DNA of 64,000 nucleotides from an uncultured Planctomycetota bacterium (GCA_963823665.1 CAWGMQ010000003.1:1344001-1408000), one strand, 5' to 3'; shown: positions 22,838-33,948, counted from the first letter of the stretch. Notes: a model not told the origin generated them from the sequence alone. Numbers and translations: made by a program.

Positions 22838-22853
22838 AGGGGGGGAAAGGGAA
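22815..22853. repeat. C-rich/G-rich palindromic REP-like element (CCCCCCCTT-CTA-AAGGGGGGG); related copy at ~35625-35660
   Basis: Perfect hairpin between convergent genes. A similar CCCCCCCTGCCCCTTTTCAAGGGAGGGAAAG lies between convergent genes at 35.6 kb. Confidence 0.6.
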
Positions 22854-22918
22854 TTCGGCCTTCCCACGCCTGGGGCATGCCACGCCATATTGGGATGCGG
22901 TCCTTCGCAAACACGCTC

Positions 22919-23632
22919 TCAGGTCGCCGGCAGCCAGGTCATGAAGTCCTTGCGCTTGAGCGGCTTCGTCATCCAGGAGGTATCCGGCTCGGGAAGTTTC
23001 AAGGCGTCGCGCACGGTTAGCCAGCCTCTTGGCAGCGGCAGATTGCTTTTTGTGCCCTTGCGGGTGATCCACTCGAATCGGCGCCTCTGCTCTGCCGCTT
23101 GCGCGATCTGCATGGCCATGCGCACGTCCTGGGAAACATAGTCGAGCACTTCCTTGTGGCGGCCTTCGGCCCACATCTTCGGGGCCTGGATACCGGACAT
23201 CCCGGCGGGCTTTCCGGGTAAGCCCATGCCTTCTGCTCCCTTGTCCAGAGCAACCGGGTATCCCAGAGCACAAACGATGTGGAACATCATGTCCACATGA
23301 TCAAGAGCGCATCCCTTGCAGACTGCCGGGGCGGCTGACTCTTCGGCGAGAATATCAAAATCGAAGCCGAGGCCGTTCCAGCTCAGGACCGTGAAGCCGT
23401 CTTTTGCCAGCTTGGCCAGGTACTGGACCAATTCCAGTGCGTCGGCCGCGGTCATGCGCGGAGCTGGTGCGCCGGTTTTGGTCTTTCCATGCCACAAGCG
23501 TAGCTCGTTCGAATCACTCGCCAGGGTCGCGGCACACGAGATGCCCAGCGGCCGATGGGGACGCCAGTTGAAATCCTCGCCGGGGACATCCTTGGCGGTT
23601 TCGATGTCAAATGCCAGGAATCGACGTGGCAT
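22919..23632 (-). CDS. RNase H-like fold (DnaQ/YprB-like) 3'-5' exonuclease domain protein
   Basis: FLAFDIET (ExoI), SWNGLGFDF (ExoII), HVDM and YVSQDV (ExoIII) motifs. Confidence 0.75.
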   Translation of the reverse strand: MPRRFLAFDIETAKDVPGEDFNWRPHRPLGISCAATLASDSNELRLWHGKTKTGAPAPRMTAADALELVQYLAKLAKDGFTVLSWNGLGFDFDILAEESAAPAVCKGCALDHVDMMFHIVCALGYPVALDKGAEGMGLPGKPAGMSGIQAPKMWAEGRHKEVLDYVSQDVRMAMQIAQAAEQRRRFEWITRKGTKSNLPLPRGWLTVRDALKLPEPDTSWMTKPLKRKDFMTWLPAT

Positions 23633-23660
23633 GTGTTGGACTCACTCGCGAGGAGCTGAT

Positions 23661-24542
23661 CTAGGCCATCTTACGCCAATCCGGCAGACCGCGGAGCATC
23701 CTTTTCGTTGCTTTTTCTGGATCGAAGTGCTCGGGGTCGAACGAACCGCCGACCCAGATCAGGTTCTCATCGTGCTCCCGATCGCGAGGGTTGGCGATCG
23801 CCTTGAGAAACTGTCGGTAACCCGAAGCGCCGCCCACATCCTCTGGGGGGCAGGCGCGTTCCCCTTCCACGCAGAGCGGATACTTCTGGCCGGGAGTGGC
23901 CCTCAAGCATCCCTCGAAGAGGATGTCGTGTAGCCATTCGTCGCCAAAGTCGTAGCAATACTGGAAATGAAACCGTTCGCCGCTCGTGGGCACCACCTTG
24001 CTCAAGGTCGTGACCCTGGAGTTGTTGTAACCCAACTTCTCGAGGTCCTCCTCCATGAGCCAGGGATCGCCGTAAGGCTTTTTGTTGATCCGAAAATCAT
24101 GCAAGTGCGAGTTGGTCCAGCCCAGGGAGTTCTGGATGCGGTCGTGGAGCTTGTCGAGGGTGCAGTCGCGCGTCTGGATTCGCCGCCAGATCGGGGGCGA
24201 TATGTACTTGAGAGTGATCTTGAACTGATAGAGCCGCTCTTTGGCAGGGATCTTGCCAATTCCCTGGAAGTTCTGGATGCCGCTCTCGGCGAGATAGGCG
24301 ATGTGCCGCAAGGAGTTTCGCGCTGCTCCTGACTCGGTTCGACCCACGGCAAGGCGTGCGTTCTCAAACATCTCACGCATCTCGACGAGGCTGAAGGACA
24401 CCAGCCGCTGGTTTGCCTCATCCAGCTTCAAGCGGGCGGAGAAATCAGGAAAAAGCTCGGCGACGATCTTTCGCTGGGCCGCCGTCAATCGCAGAGGAAA
24501 CCGCTGCTCAAGTTGTTGCCGGTCTGCCACGGTTGTGTGCAC
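23661..24542 (-). CDS. Plasmid pRiA4b ORF-3 family protein
   Basis: YQFKITLKYISPPIWRRIQ, LHDRIQNSLGWTNSHLHDF, YDFGDEWLHDI, GERACPPEDVGG and FDPEHFD. Confidence 0.9.
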   Translation of the reverse strand: MHTTVADRQQLEQRFPLRLTAAQRKIVAELFPDFSARLKLDEANQRLVSFSLVEMREMFENARLAVGRTESGAARNSLRHIAYLAESGIQNFQGIGKIPAKERLYQFKITLKYISPPIWRRIQTRDCTLDKLHDRIQNSLGWTNSHLHDFRINKKPYGDPWLMEEDLEKLGYNNSRVTTLSKVVPTSGERFHFQYCYDFGDEWLHDILFEGCLRATPGQKYPLCVEGERACPPEDVGGASGYRQFLKAIANPRDREHDENLIWVGGSFDPEHFDPEKATKRMLRGLPDWRKMA

Positions 24543-24704
24543 CTCGGGGTGTCCAATTTGTGCCGTACCTTGAAGATAAGTGTGTGTAGTCCACCCGACA
24601 AGGTCCGTTCACGAAAGAAAACTGTCGAGACTGTGTGAGGACTGAGCCATGACGGGCCTTAGTATATTGGACATCATCTGGTCATGAGGTGAGGAGCAGC
24701 ACAC

Positions 24705-27656
24705 ATGGCAGGCGTTCATCTCGGGTCCGCACTCGGTCAGATTCACCGGTTATTTGACGAAGGAACACTGGCGGGGCTGCCCGACGCCCGGCTGCTGGAG
24801 CGGTATGCGTCCGAGCGCGACGAGCTGGCATTTGAAACGCTCGTGAAACGCCACGGCCGCATGGTGATGACGGTGTGCCGCGGGGTCGTCGACGACCCCA
24901 ACGACGCGGACGATGCGTTCCAGGCTGCGTTTCTGTTGCTGGCACGCAAAGCCGGTGCGTTGTGGGTCCATGATTCGCTGGGGGGCTGGCTTCATCGCGT
25001 GGCTTGCCGCATCGCGCTTCGACTGAGATCCGACGCTGCTCGCAGGCGCGAAATGGAACGGCGGGGCAGCGAGCGAACGGGCTGGTGGTATTTCGCGGCA
25101 GAGCCCCGCGCCGACATTCACACCGTGCTGCATCAGGAAATCGACCGCCTGCCGGAGCGGTTCCGCAAACCGATCGTGCTGTGCTATCTGGAGGAGATGA
25201 CCTATCAGCAGGCAGCCATCCATCTTCGTTTGAGCGAGGGGACAACCCGCGGCCGGCTGGCGCAAGCGCGCGACATGTTGCGGGCGCGGTTGAGCGAGAG
25301 GGGCATCCCGTGCGCTGGAGCTGGGTTGCCGGTCCTTTCCGGGGCGGCGCGACTCCTGGCGCCGGAGCTGCTCAGCTCGACCGTTCGCGCGGCGCGTCAT
25401 TTCACGCTCGGCAACATGGTGGCTGCAGGAATCGCGCCTGCCACGGCAACCGTGCTCGCCAGGCAAGCGATGCACACAATGATGCTCACCAAGCTCAAGG
25501 CGGCCGGGGCCGGTGTGATTGCGATTGGGTTGTTGACATGGGTCGCCACCGGATCTGCCGCCGTAGGGCCTATGGAAGCGATCGCGACGGAAGCCGGGAA
25601 GACGCCGATCGAACGCGAGACGCCGCCGACAACGGGGGCTGCACGAGGGGCGCGTGTCGAGCAAGCGGACGCTGCCGGCAAGCAAAATCAGTCTCTCCCA
25701 TTTCAAGGAACGGTTCTTGGGCCGGATGGAAAGCCAGTTTCCGGCGCCGTGATTTACACTTTCATGCCCAAGCGCGGAGAGATTCCCAGGGCGGTCTCGC
25801 GAGCCAAAGGGGGTGACGACGGGACATTCCGGTTCGACGTGAGCAAGGCCGAGTTTGATGCCGTCATTGACATCGCGCCGATGGCGACTGTCATGGTGGT
25901 CGCAGCGGCGCCGGGTTTTGGACCAGACTGGGTTGCCGTGCGCAAGCCGCTCCAGGGAGGGCTGTCGCTGCGTCTCGTTGAAGATTCGGTGCCGATCGAG
26001 GGCCGGATCGTCGACCTACAAGGAAAACCCGTCGCGGGCGCCAAGATCTCGCGGGGTTGGATCAAAGCGGAAGGACCTGGCGGCATCGATCCTTATCTGG
26101 CGCTTGTACGGGACGACCCGATGCAGGCTTCGAACCACAACTTCGCCAAGAATTACTGGGATGGCTTCGAGCTGCCGGGCCAGCCGCTATCTGTCGTGAC
26201 GGACGCCGGCGGCCGATTTCGGCTGATCGGAATCGGACGGGACCGGATCGTGTCGATCGGCATCGAGGGGCCGACGATCCAGAGTGCGACGATCGAGGTC
26301 ATGACCCGTCGAGGCGAGAAGGTGTCGTCGCCGCCGGGCGCATTTGCGGGCGAGACCATTTACCCGGCTACGTTTGAACACTTCGTCCCTCCAGGCCGCG
26401 CGCTTTCCGGAATCGTGCGGGACAGAAAAACCAAGATGCCGATCGCCGGCGTCGAGGTCGGCGGGCGAGAAACGAGCGCGCGAACGAAAACCGATGAACA
26501 CGGGCGCTTCGCGCTCGGGGGATTTCCCAAGGGCAAACAGTACGGCCTGATGGTTCTGGCGGGTGAAAAACCCCCGTACTTCGTAACGTGCATGGCGGTG
26601 CCGGACATGGCGGGGCTCGAGCCGATCGAAGCGAACGTCGAGTGCCTGCCGGGAATTCCGATGCGGCTCAAGCTCATCGACAAGGAAACCGGCATGCCTT
26701 TGCGGAATGCCGACGTCTACTATCAGCCGATTTACCCCAATGCCCACTCTCGCGAAGTCTCTGGATACTCCCCCGTCATGGGTAGCGGCCCTTACAGCTC
26801 GGGAGTTGTTCAGGAAGATGGCTCTTATCTGCTCGGCGTCTTGCCGGGCCCGGGGGCTGTCTTTGTACGCACGCCACCAGGATTGTTTCGGCCGGCTTGC
26901 GTCGACCCGAAGAAGTTCTTCAAGGTACACGATTCGCCGGATCCCAAGAAGGAGCGCTCGCCGCGTTATGGCGACACGGACACGATCAACACAGCCGTCG
27001 GCGAGGGGTGGGCCGGAATACCGCAGTCGCAGTTCAGCGGCATCGCGCTCGTCGACCCGGCAGAGGATTCGGGTCCGATCACGGCGGAGCTTGCTCTCGA
27101 GCGCGATTCGAAGCGCGAAGTGCGCGTGGTTGGTCCGGATGGGGACGTGCTCAGGGACGTTGTGGCGGAAGGGAGCGGTGCCGAATCGAACCCGATTTCA
27201 GGTGTTGTCACCGTGTCGCAGCTCAATCCCCTTCGCCCTCAGCGATTCACATTTCACCAGGATTCCAAGAAACTTGCCGGCTTCTTGATTGCCAGAGGCG
27301 ACGAGCCCGAGCCATACGTCGTCAAGCTCCAGCCGTGGGGAACAATCACGGGCCGACTTGTCGATGCCGAGGGAAAACCACGCCCGAGAGTCGACTTGAT
27401 GACGAGAGATTGGGGAGCCGCGCTGCTCAACCCGGCGCGTGGGGTGATTCATTACGGCCAGAAGACGGACAAAGACGGCCGATTTCGCTATGAGCGACTC
27501 ATGCCCGGCCAGGAGTATTCGGCAGTCGCGGTCGGTGAACAAGCAGCGAAAGGGGGATTCGGCGTGGTGATCGACCGCGTCGTGCTCAAGCCCGGCGAGA
27601 CCAAAGATCTGGGTGCTGTGCAGTCGCGCATGGATAAGCCGGAGATGAAGCCTTGA
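24705..27656 (+). CDS. ECF sigma factor with C-terminal extension (hydrophobic segment plus carboxypeptidase-regulatory-like beta-sandwich repeats)
   Basis: DARLLERY..DELAFETLVKRHGRMV, DDAFQAAFLLLARKA, WLHRVA and LPERFRKPIVLCYLEEMT..GTTRGRLAQAR. Then KLKAAGAGVIAIGLL and repeated GxVxDxxGKPVxGA...TDxxGRF. Confidence 0.9.
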   Translation: MAGVHLGSALGQIHRLFDEGTLAGLPDARLLERYASERDELAFETLVKRHGRMVMTVCRGVVDDPNDADDAFQAAFLLLARKAGALWVHDSLGGWLHRVACRIALRLRSDAARRREMERRGSERTGWWYFAAEPRADIHTVLHQEIDRLPERFRKPIVLCYLEEMTYQQAAIHLRLSEGTTRGRLAQARDMLRARLSERGIPCAGAGLPVLSGAARLLAPELLSSTVRAARHFTLGNMVAAGIAPATATVLARQAMHTMMLTKLKAAGAGVIAIGLLTWVATGSAAVGPMEAIATEAGKTPIERETPPTTGAARGARVEQADAAGKQNQSLPFQGTVLGPDGKPVSGAVIYTFMPKRGEIPRAVSRAKGGDDGTFRFDVSKAEFDAVIDIAPMATVMVVAAAPGFGPDWVAVRKPLQGGLSLRLVEDSVPIEGRIVDLQGKPVAGAKISRGWIKAEGPGGIDPYLALVRDDPMQASNHNFAKNYWDGFELPGQPLSVVTDAGGRFRLIGIGRDRIVSIGIEGPTIQSATIEVMTRRGEKVSSPPGAFAGETIYPATFEHFVPPGRALSGIVRDRKTKMPIAGVEVGGRETSARTKTDEHGRFALGGFPKGKQYGLMVLAGEKPPYFVTCMAVPDMAGLEPIEANVECLPGIPMRLKLIDKETGMPLRNADVYYQPIYPNAHSREVSGYSPVMGSGPYSSGVVQEDGSYLLGVLPGPGAVFVRTPPGLFRPACVDPKKFFKVHDSPDPKKERSPRYGDTDTINTAVGEGWAGIPQSQFSGIALVDPAEDSGPITAELALERDSKREVRVVGPDGDVLRDVVAEGSGAESNPISGVVTVSQLNPLRPQRFTFHQDSKKLAGFLIARGDEPEPYVVKLQPWGTITGRLVDAEGKPRPRVDLMTRDWGAALLNPARGVIHYGQKTDKDGRFRYERLMPGQEYSAVAVGEQAAKGGFGVVIDRVVLKPGETKDLGAVQSRMDKPEMKP

Positions 27657-29027
27657 AACGTCACACAGAGGATCCATGGGCGGTCTACCATCCGACCCCC
27701 GAAGCTCCGTGGAACTGCCGACGGGTTGTGCATCTCCACCGCCGGGCGGGTTTTGCCGCCTCGTGGCCGGAGATTCAGCGTGACCTGAAAGACGGCCCCG
27801 CGGCCAGTATCAGCCGAATTTTCGAAGGAAAGGTGCGGGCACCGTTGGTGGCCGAGCGTTTTGGGGAGGTGAGCGCCGCACTCGCGGACGCGGCGATCAG
27901 TGCGGATGATCCTGAACGCCTGAAGGCCTGGTGGGTTTTTCGCATGCTGTGCGGGCCGGACCCACTCGGTGAACGGCTGACGTTGATGTGGCACGATCAC
28001 TTCGCAACCAGCAACCAGAAGGTCAACGACCTGCCGGCGATGCGGCGCCAGAACGAGATGTTTCGATCGCTGGCCCGAGCGCCGTTCGGCGACCTGCTGG
28101 GCGCCGCGGTCCACGACCCGGCGCTCCTGGCGTGGCTCGATGCTCCGGCCAACCGCAAGGGACATCCCAACGAGAATCTTGCGAGAGAGCTGATGGAGCT
28201 TCTCTGCGCTCGGCATCGGCAATTACACCGAAGTCGACGTGAAGGAGGCTGCCCGCGCCTTGACGGGATGGACCGTCGCCGACGGTGTATTTCAAGAGGC
28301 GAGCGAACTGCACGACGCAGGCGAGAAGACCATATTCGGCCGGAAGGCCCGCTGGACCGGGTCCGACTTGATCAAGGCCCTGGTCGAAATGCCGGCGACC
28401 TCGTTGCGGCTGGCGCGGCGGCTCTGCGGGCTCTTTTTTGGCGAATCGGGACCTGACGAAACCGCGGTGCGATCCCTGGCCGCCTTGCTGCGCGAGCACC
28501 GGCTGGACGTCGGCTGGGGCGTCGCCACGATCTTGAGGTCGGGTGCGTTCTTCGCCGATGTGAACATGGGTACGCGAGTGCTCAGCCCGGTCGAATATAT
28601 GGTCGGCGCCACCATCGCGCTGGGACGCACGAACGAGCCGCCGTCGACGCTGGTGCTGGCCGACTGGATGGCGCGGCTGGGTCAGGACCTCTTCTATCCA
28701 CCCAACGTGGGTGGCTGGCCCGCGGGCCGGTCGTGGCTCTCGTCGCGGTCGCTGATCGGGCGCACCAACTTCGCGTCGGCTCTGGTTGAGGGGTTGCCCG
28801 TCGGGCTCCCCGCGCCGATTGACGCTGGCGAACTGGCCGGGCAGCAAGGCAAGCCGTGCGATTTCGTTCAGGTGATTCAGGCTGCAGCGGCACTGTTTTT
28901 CGGTACCGAGCCTGAGCCAAACTGGCGTGACCGGATCGCACGGGCATGCGAGGCGGACCGCAATTCGGGCGGCTTCCGCCGGGCCGTCGCCCTCGTGCTT
29001 GCATCTCCGGAAGCACAACTGGGATAG
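27653..29027 (+). CDS. DUF1800 family protein (frameshift near 28200)
   Basis: HLHRRAGF, PLGERLTLMWHDHFATS, LD..NRKGHPNENLARELMEL in the first frame; VKEAARALTGW, LGQDLFYPPNVGGW, LVLASPEAQL in the second. Confidence 0.88.
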
Positions 29028-29051
29028 GACTTCTTACAAAGGACGAATCGA

Positions 29052-30263
29052 ATGCACTCACGACGCCGATTCCTGGCGACCGGATTGGGCAGCGTACCGA
29101 TCATTTCGCTCGCGCCGGAGGTTCCCGGATTCCTGGCACAGACGGCGCGGGCCGGCGTTCCGCAGAAGGACGGGCGTGTGCTGGTGGTCGTTCAGCTCGA
29201 CGGCGGGAACGACGGAATCAATACGGTCGTGCCATTTGGAGACGAAGGGTACGCAAAGTACCGCCGGGAATTGAGGCTTCCAACGGACCGGGTCTTGAAG
29301 GTCACGGAAGGCGTCGGGCTGCACCCGGCGATGCGGGGAGCTGCAAAACTCCTGGAGACCGGGCGGCTGGCGGTCGTGCAGGGCGTCGGCTATCCCAACC
29401 CTGACCGTTCGCATTTTGCCAGCATGGCGATCTGGCAGACGGCGCGGCTCGATCGATTGGAGAATGGGGGCCTCGGCTGGCTGGGACGGGGGCTCGATGT
29501 CGATTCGGCCCCGGCCGGTCAATCCGGAGCGGTTTACGTCGGTGCGGGCTCGCCTCCAGTCTCGCTGCGCGGGCGGCGCTCGGCGACAACGGCCCTTGAG
29601 CGACTCGATGACTTGAGACTGGACCCGGTTGTGATGAACCAGGGGAACGCGCAGCAGGAACGCGCGGGAGAAGACGACCTCAAGGCGTTCGTTCGCCGAT
29701 CGGCGCTGGATGCCTACACTACTGCGGATCGGATGGCTGAACTGGCACGGTCGAGCAAACAGGATGGCGTCTATCCAAATACGGCACTGGCGCAGAAGCT
29801 GGCGCTCGTCGCGCAACTTTTGAAGGGCGGGTTTGCTGCGAGAGTCTACTACACGGCACAGTCCGGATATGACACGCATGCGGGACAAGCGCCGACGCAT
29901 GCCTCACTTCTTTCCGAGCTCTCGGGGGCTCTGCTGGCATTTCTCGACGATCTGAGTGCGGCCAGGCTGGCCGATCGAGTGAGCGTTTTGTGCTTCAGCG
30001 AATTCGGCAGGCGGGTGGCGGAGAACGGCTCGGCCGGCACGGATCACGGCACGGCGGCGCCGGTGTTTCTGGCCGGGCCGGCCGTCAAGAGCGGGCTGGT
30101 GGGGGCGACCCCGAGCCTGTCGGATCTGGAGGACGGTGATATCAAGATGGCGATTGATTTTCGCCGTGTGTATGCTTCGGTGCTCGAGGCGTGGCTGGGA
30201 GTGCCTTCGCGGGCTGCGCTGGGTGGTGAGTTTGAGCCGCTCTCGCTCTTTAGTGGGGCATGA
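29052..30263 (+). CDS. DUF1501 family protein with Tat-like N-terminus
   Basis: SRRRFL; VLVVVQLDGGNDGINTVVP, YPNPDRSHF, GYDTHAGQ, SEFGRRVAENGSAGTDHG, IDFRRVYA. Confidence 0.92.
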   Translation: MHSRRRFLATGLGSVPIISLAPEVPGFLAQTARAGVPQKDGRVLVVVQLDGGNDGINTVVPFGDEGYAKYRRELRLPTDRVLKVTEGVGLHPAMRGAAKLLETGRLAVVQGVGYPNPDRSHFASMAIWQTARLDRLENGGLGWLGRGLDVDSAPAGQSGAVYVGAGSPPVSLRGRRSATTALERLDDLRLDPVVMNQGNAQQERAGEDDLKAFVRRSALDAYTTADRMAELARSSKQDGVYPNTALAQKLALVAQLLKGGFAARVYYTAQSGYDTHAGQAPTHASLLSELSGALLAFLDDLSAARLADRVSVLCFSEFGRRVAENGSAGTDHGTAAPVFLAGPAVKSGLVGATPSLSDLEDGDIKMAIDFRRVYASVLEAWLGVPSRAALGGEFEPLSLFSGA

Positions 30264-30304
30264 TTGCGAACCGTCGAATGTTGTCGACAGCGAGTGGACA
30301 GAAC

Positions 30305-30326
30305 GGTCCGCAGTGGCGGACCCTAC
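30305..30326 (-). repeat. GTAG-type REP palindrome
   Basis: Minus strand reads GTAG-GGTCCGC-CACT-GCGGACC, a tetranucleotide foot plus a perfect 7-bp hairpin, just after the DUF1501 stop. Confidence 0.7.
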
Positions 30327-30526
30327 GAGGAGCAGCCGATGCGGGCGGCTCGTGTGGATGGGAGCCGGACGCACTTTGATGTGCGCTTTTCGGCGTCGAG
30401 TCAGAACGGTCCGCGATCGACGACGATCCTGGTGCTGTGCTGGCCCCGGGTCTGGTAGAATGCATGCGCAGCGACGACGACTGATTGGTCAACGAACAAG
30501 CGTCTGGAAGCAGAAGGAGCGCTAAA

Positions 30527-31348
30527 ATGTCGACGGTCCCACGCCAGCGACGAAAGCGCGAAGTCGAATATCCGAGCGGAGATGGAAAGCCCATGGCCGA
30601 GACCGAGCTCCATCTCACGGACATGATCGAAACCATTCAGGGGCTCTGGGATCACTTTGCAGGTCGTCCGACTGTTTATGTCTGCGGCAATCTCTTGCTC
30701 TACTATGAAGAGGGCAACCCCCGGAAGCATGTCTCCCCTGACGTGCTCGTGGCCCTCAACGTGCCCAGAGAGCCGCCTCGCGACTACTACCTCGTTTGGA
30801 AGGAGGGGAAAGCCCCCGACTTCGTGATCGAGATCACATCCAAGTCGACCAAGCGGGAAGACAAGAATAAGAAGTTCGTGATCTATCGCGATATTCTGAA
30901 GGTGTCCGAGCTCTTTTTGTTCGATCCGACGGAAGACTATCTGCATCCCCCGCTCCAAGGATTTCGGCTGGTCAGCGGTGAGTATCTTCCGATCGAGTCA
31001 ATCGCCGGCCGCTTGCCCAGCCAGGTTGTGGGTCTCCATCTGGAGCGTGACGGCGCAAAGCTTCGCCTGTTCGATCCGGCGACGGGAACGCGAATACCAA
31101 CCAGGCTCGAGGCGCGCGAAGCGGCCGAGCATCTCGCTGAAGACGCACGCCGTCTCGCTGAAGACGCACGCCGTCTCGCTGAAGACGCACACCGTCTCGC
31201 CGAATACGAACGACGGCAAGCCGACGCGGAACGACGCCGTGCCGAGGACGAACGCCTGCGAGCCGAGAATGCGGAGGCAGCCCAGCAGCGACTTGTCGAG
31301 GAAAATGAGCGCCTTCGGCGGGAGATCGAGGCCCTGCGCCGCGAGTGA
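30527..31348 (+). CDS. Uma2 family (PD-(D/E)XK) endonuclease with C-terminal coiled coil
   Basis: YPSGDGKPMAET, VSPDVLV, WKEGKAPDFVIEITSKST, LFDPTEDYLHPPLQGFRL. AGGAG RBS. Confidence 0.9.
   Translation: MSTVPRQRRKREVEYPSGDGKPMAETELHLTDMIETIQGLWDHFAGRPTVYVCGNLLLYYEEGNPRKHVSPDVLVALNVPREPPRDYYLVWKEGKAPDFVIEITSKSTKREDKNKKFVIYRDILKVSELFLFDPTEDYLHPPLQGFRLVSGEYLPIESIAGRLPSQVVGLHLERDGAKLRLFDPATGTRIPTRLEAREAAEHLAEDARRLAEDARRLAEDAHRLAEYERRQADAERRRAEDERLRAENAEAAQQRLVEENERLRREIEALRRE
31133..31204 (+). repeat. 21-nt tandem repeat (about 3.4 copies) encoding LAEDA(R/H)R heptads
   Basis: CTCGCTGAAGACGCAC(G/A)CCGT at 31133, 31154 and 31175; partial copy at 31196. Confidence 0.9.
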
Positions 31349-31555
31349 AGGACGCTTTGCGCGGGCATGCCGCAGATGACCTGGCGCTGGTGCAGCGTGC
31401 GTCGCGATCGAGGAACGTGCCGTGCTCGTCTCCTTGACAAAACCCAGCGGGGATGCGACGTTTGATTTACGTTCAACAACGAACGCAACCCGCCTGCTGG
31501 GTCTCCCGCCGCCTTCAAAAAGCCAGGAAAAGGGAACTCATTTCCCGCCCCATCG

Positions 31556-33924
31556 ATGTTCCGAAAACCTAGATTCGCAGCGGTTTGCGCGTTTCTCATC
31601 ACCGGTTTGCTGCTGGGAGCTGGCCGCGACGCACTGGGTGCTCAGCCGCAGATCAACAATGTCAGCCCATCCGGCGTTCGCCGCGGTCATGCAAGCGAGC
31701 TGACCTTCAGCGGCGCTAGTCTCGCGGGGAGCCCACGACTGATCGCTCCGTTTGGTTTCAAGCTCGAGTCGCCGGCTCCCAAAGGCGACGCGTCGAGCTG
31801 GAAGCTGGCGCTCAATGTCGACGCGAGCACACCCGTGGGGATCTATCCGGTCCGAATCCAGACCGATGACGGGATCTCGAATCCGTTCTTGCTCGCAATC
31901 GGCCAACTGCCGCAGATCGTGGAAAAGGAAGACAACAGCACGTTCGAGACTGCCCAGAAGATCCCCGATCCGCCGCTGGTGGTGGAAGGACAGGTGGGGG
32001 GCAATGATGTTGATTTCTTTCGGTTCCATGGCAAGAAGGGACAAGCGATCTTCGTTGATGCCCAATGCGCCCGAATCGGATCGGGCGTAGACCCGAGCAT
32101 CCGATTAACGGCTGGCGGGGCAAACCGGACATACGTCGCCTCAGCCGATGATTCGGCGGGACTGGGAACCGACGCCAGGCTGACCGCCGTGCTCCCTGCC
32201 GACGGCGACTACGTGGTCGAGCTGTCGGATTCGCGATACCAGGGAGGTGGGCGGCCCGTGTATCGCCTGGTGATCGGCACTGTTCCCGAGGCTGACGAGG
32301 TGTTTCCGCTAGGCGGACGTCAGGGCGAGACCGTGGGGCTCGAGCTGCGGGGCGGGATGCTAACCGGCATGCGGACGGCGGCCACCACGCTCAACGCACT
32401 GGCGGGGACGCGGATCATGCCGGCCAGGATCACGAGCTCGGCGCTGGGATCTGGCGCGAGCCCGGCGGCCGATCTCGACCTCGAGTCACTGCCGCCGTTG
32501 GTGATTTCGTCGTATCCCGAGATTCGGGAGCCGGCCGACCCGGGCGCCGCGCCGCCCAGGGCTGTCGCACCCGTGGTATTGAACGGCCGGATCGATCCGG
32601 CGGGTGAAAAAGATCGATTCGTCGTCGCCGTGACGCCGGGCCAGCGGATGCGGATCAGGGTCGAAGCTTCGGAATTTGGGTCGGCGCTCGACGGCGTGCT
32701 GCAGGTGCTGGGGAACAACGGCTCGGTGATCGCGAATGCCGACGACACGAACATCACGCTGCCGGCGCGTAACGGCCAGCAAGCGCAGGTGCTCGTGAAC
32801 CCCGATCCGTCGCTCGATCTGACGATTCCCGGCGGCACGAATGACATCACCGTGGTGATTCGCGACCTGGAAAACCGCGGCGGGATCGGGTATCCGTACC
32901 GGGTTGTCGTCGAGCATCTGACGCCCGATTTCGAGGTGATCGCCAATGAATCGCAGGTCAGCGTTCCCCGCGGCGGTACGGCTAGCCTGGGGGTGACGAT
33001 CGTGCGAAAGGGTTACAGCGGGCCGATCACGTTGACCGTGCAAGACCCTCCCCCAGGGCTTTCGGTGCGGCCGGGCACGATCGCTGCCGGCCAGACCACG
33101 GGGGCACTCACGCTGAGCGCGACGGCCGATGCATCTTTCCCCGCGAGTGCCGCTCAAGCTCGTCGGGCGGGGTCAGGCCACAGAGGGGCTGATCGAGCGG
33201 CTGGCGACGAAGGAGGTGGTGTACGCTGCAGCAGAACAACGTCCCGATGTGCAGCATCGCTCACTACGGACTGGTCGCCGCGCCGGCCCTGGCACAACCC
33301 GTGACGCTTGAAACACCGTCGACTCCGATCGAAGTTCCCCATGGTTTCGGTGCGACGATTCCGGTGAAAGTCGTCCGTACCAAAGGAGCCGACGCGGCCC
33401 TGGCGATCACCGCACTACCGCTTCCGCCAGGCCTGGCTGTGCCCAAGGCAAGTATCGCCGAGAAAGCCGGTGAGGGAAAAGTCACGGTGACCGCCGCGGT
33501 GGCTGCGCCCCTGGGCACGTCGACCATCGTGCTTCAGGCCAAGGCGAAGCTCGGTGGGGCCGACCGTGTTTTCGACCTGCCCGCCATCACGCTCAACGTG
33601 GTGCCGCCGGCGGCCCTCGAGCTCGCGGCCAAATTGCTCGAGATCAAGCCGGGCACGACGGCCGAGCTCAAGGGAAAGATCAACCGCAAGGGGTCGTTCG
33701 ACGCACCCGTTACCGTCAAGATCAACGGGCTGCCGGCCGGACTGAAGGCCGATCCGGTGACCGTCGCCGGCAAGGAATCGAACTTTGTCGTCAAGGTGGT
33801 GGCCGAGCCAAAAGCGCCGGCGGCCACGGCCGACACGCGCGTCGCGCTGGCGTTTCAGGTCGAGAAGAAGGATTATTCGATGACGCCCTCTCCTCTGGCG
33901 GTGAAGGTCGCCGCCGCCAAGTGA
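31556..33924 (+). CDS. Secreted PPC (pre-peptidase C-terminal)-domain protein of planctomycete DUF1501-associated loci (frameshifts near 33140 and 33240)
   Basis: Signal peptide, PQINNVSPSGVRRG, DVDFFRFHGKKGQ, DDSAGLGTDARL..LPADGDYVVELSDSRY, FPLGGRQG, NGRIDPAGEKDRF. Continues in ORFs 33129 and 33247. Confidence 0.8.
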
Positions 33925-33948
33925 ATTTCGGTTGTCGGTTGTCAGGTC

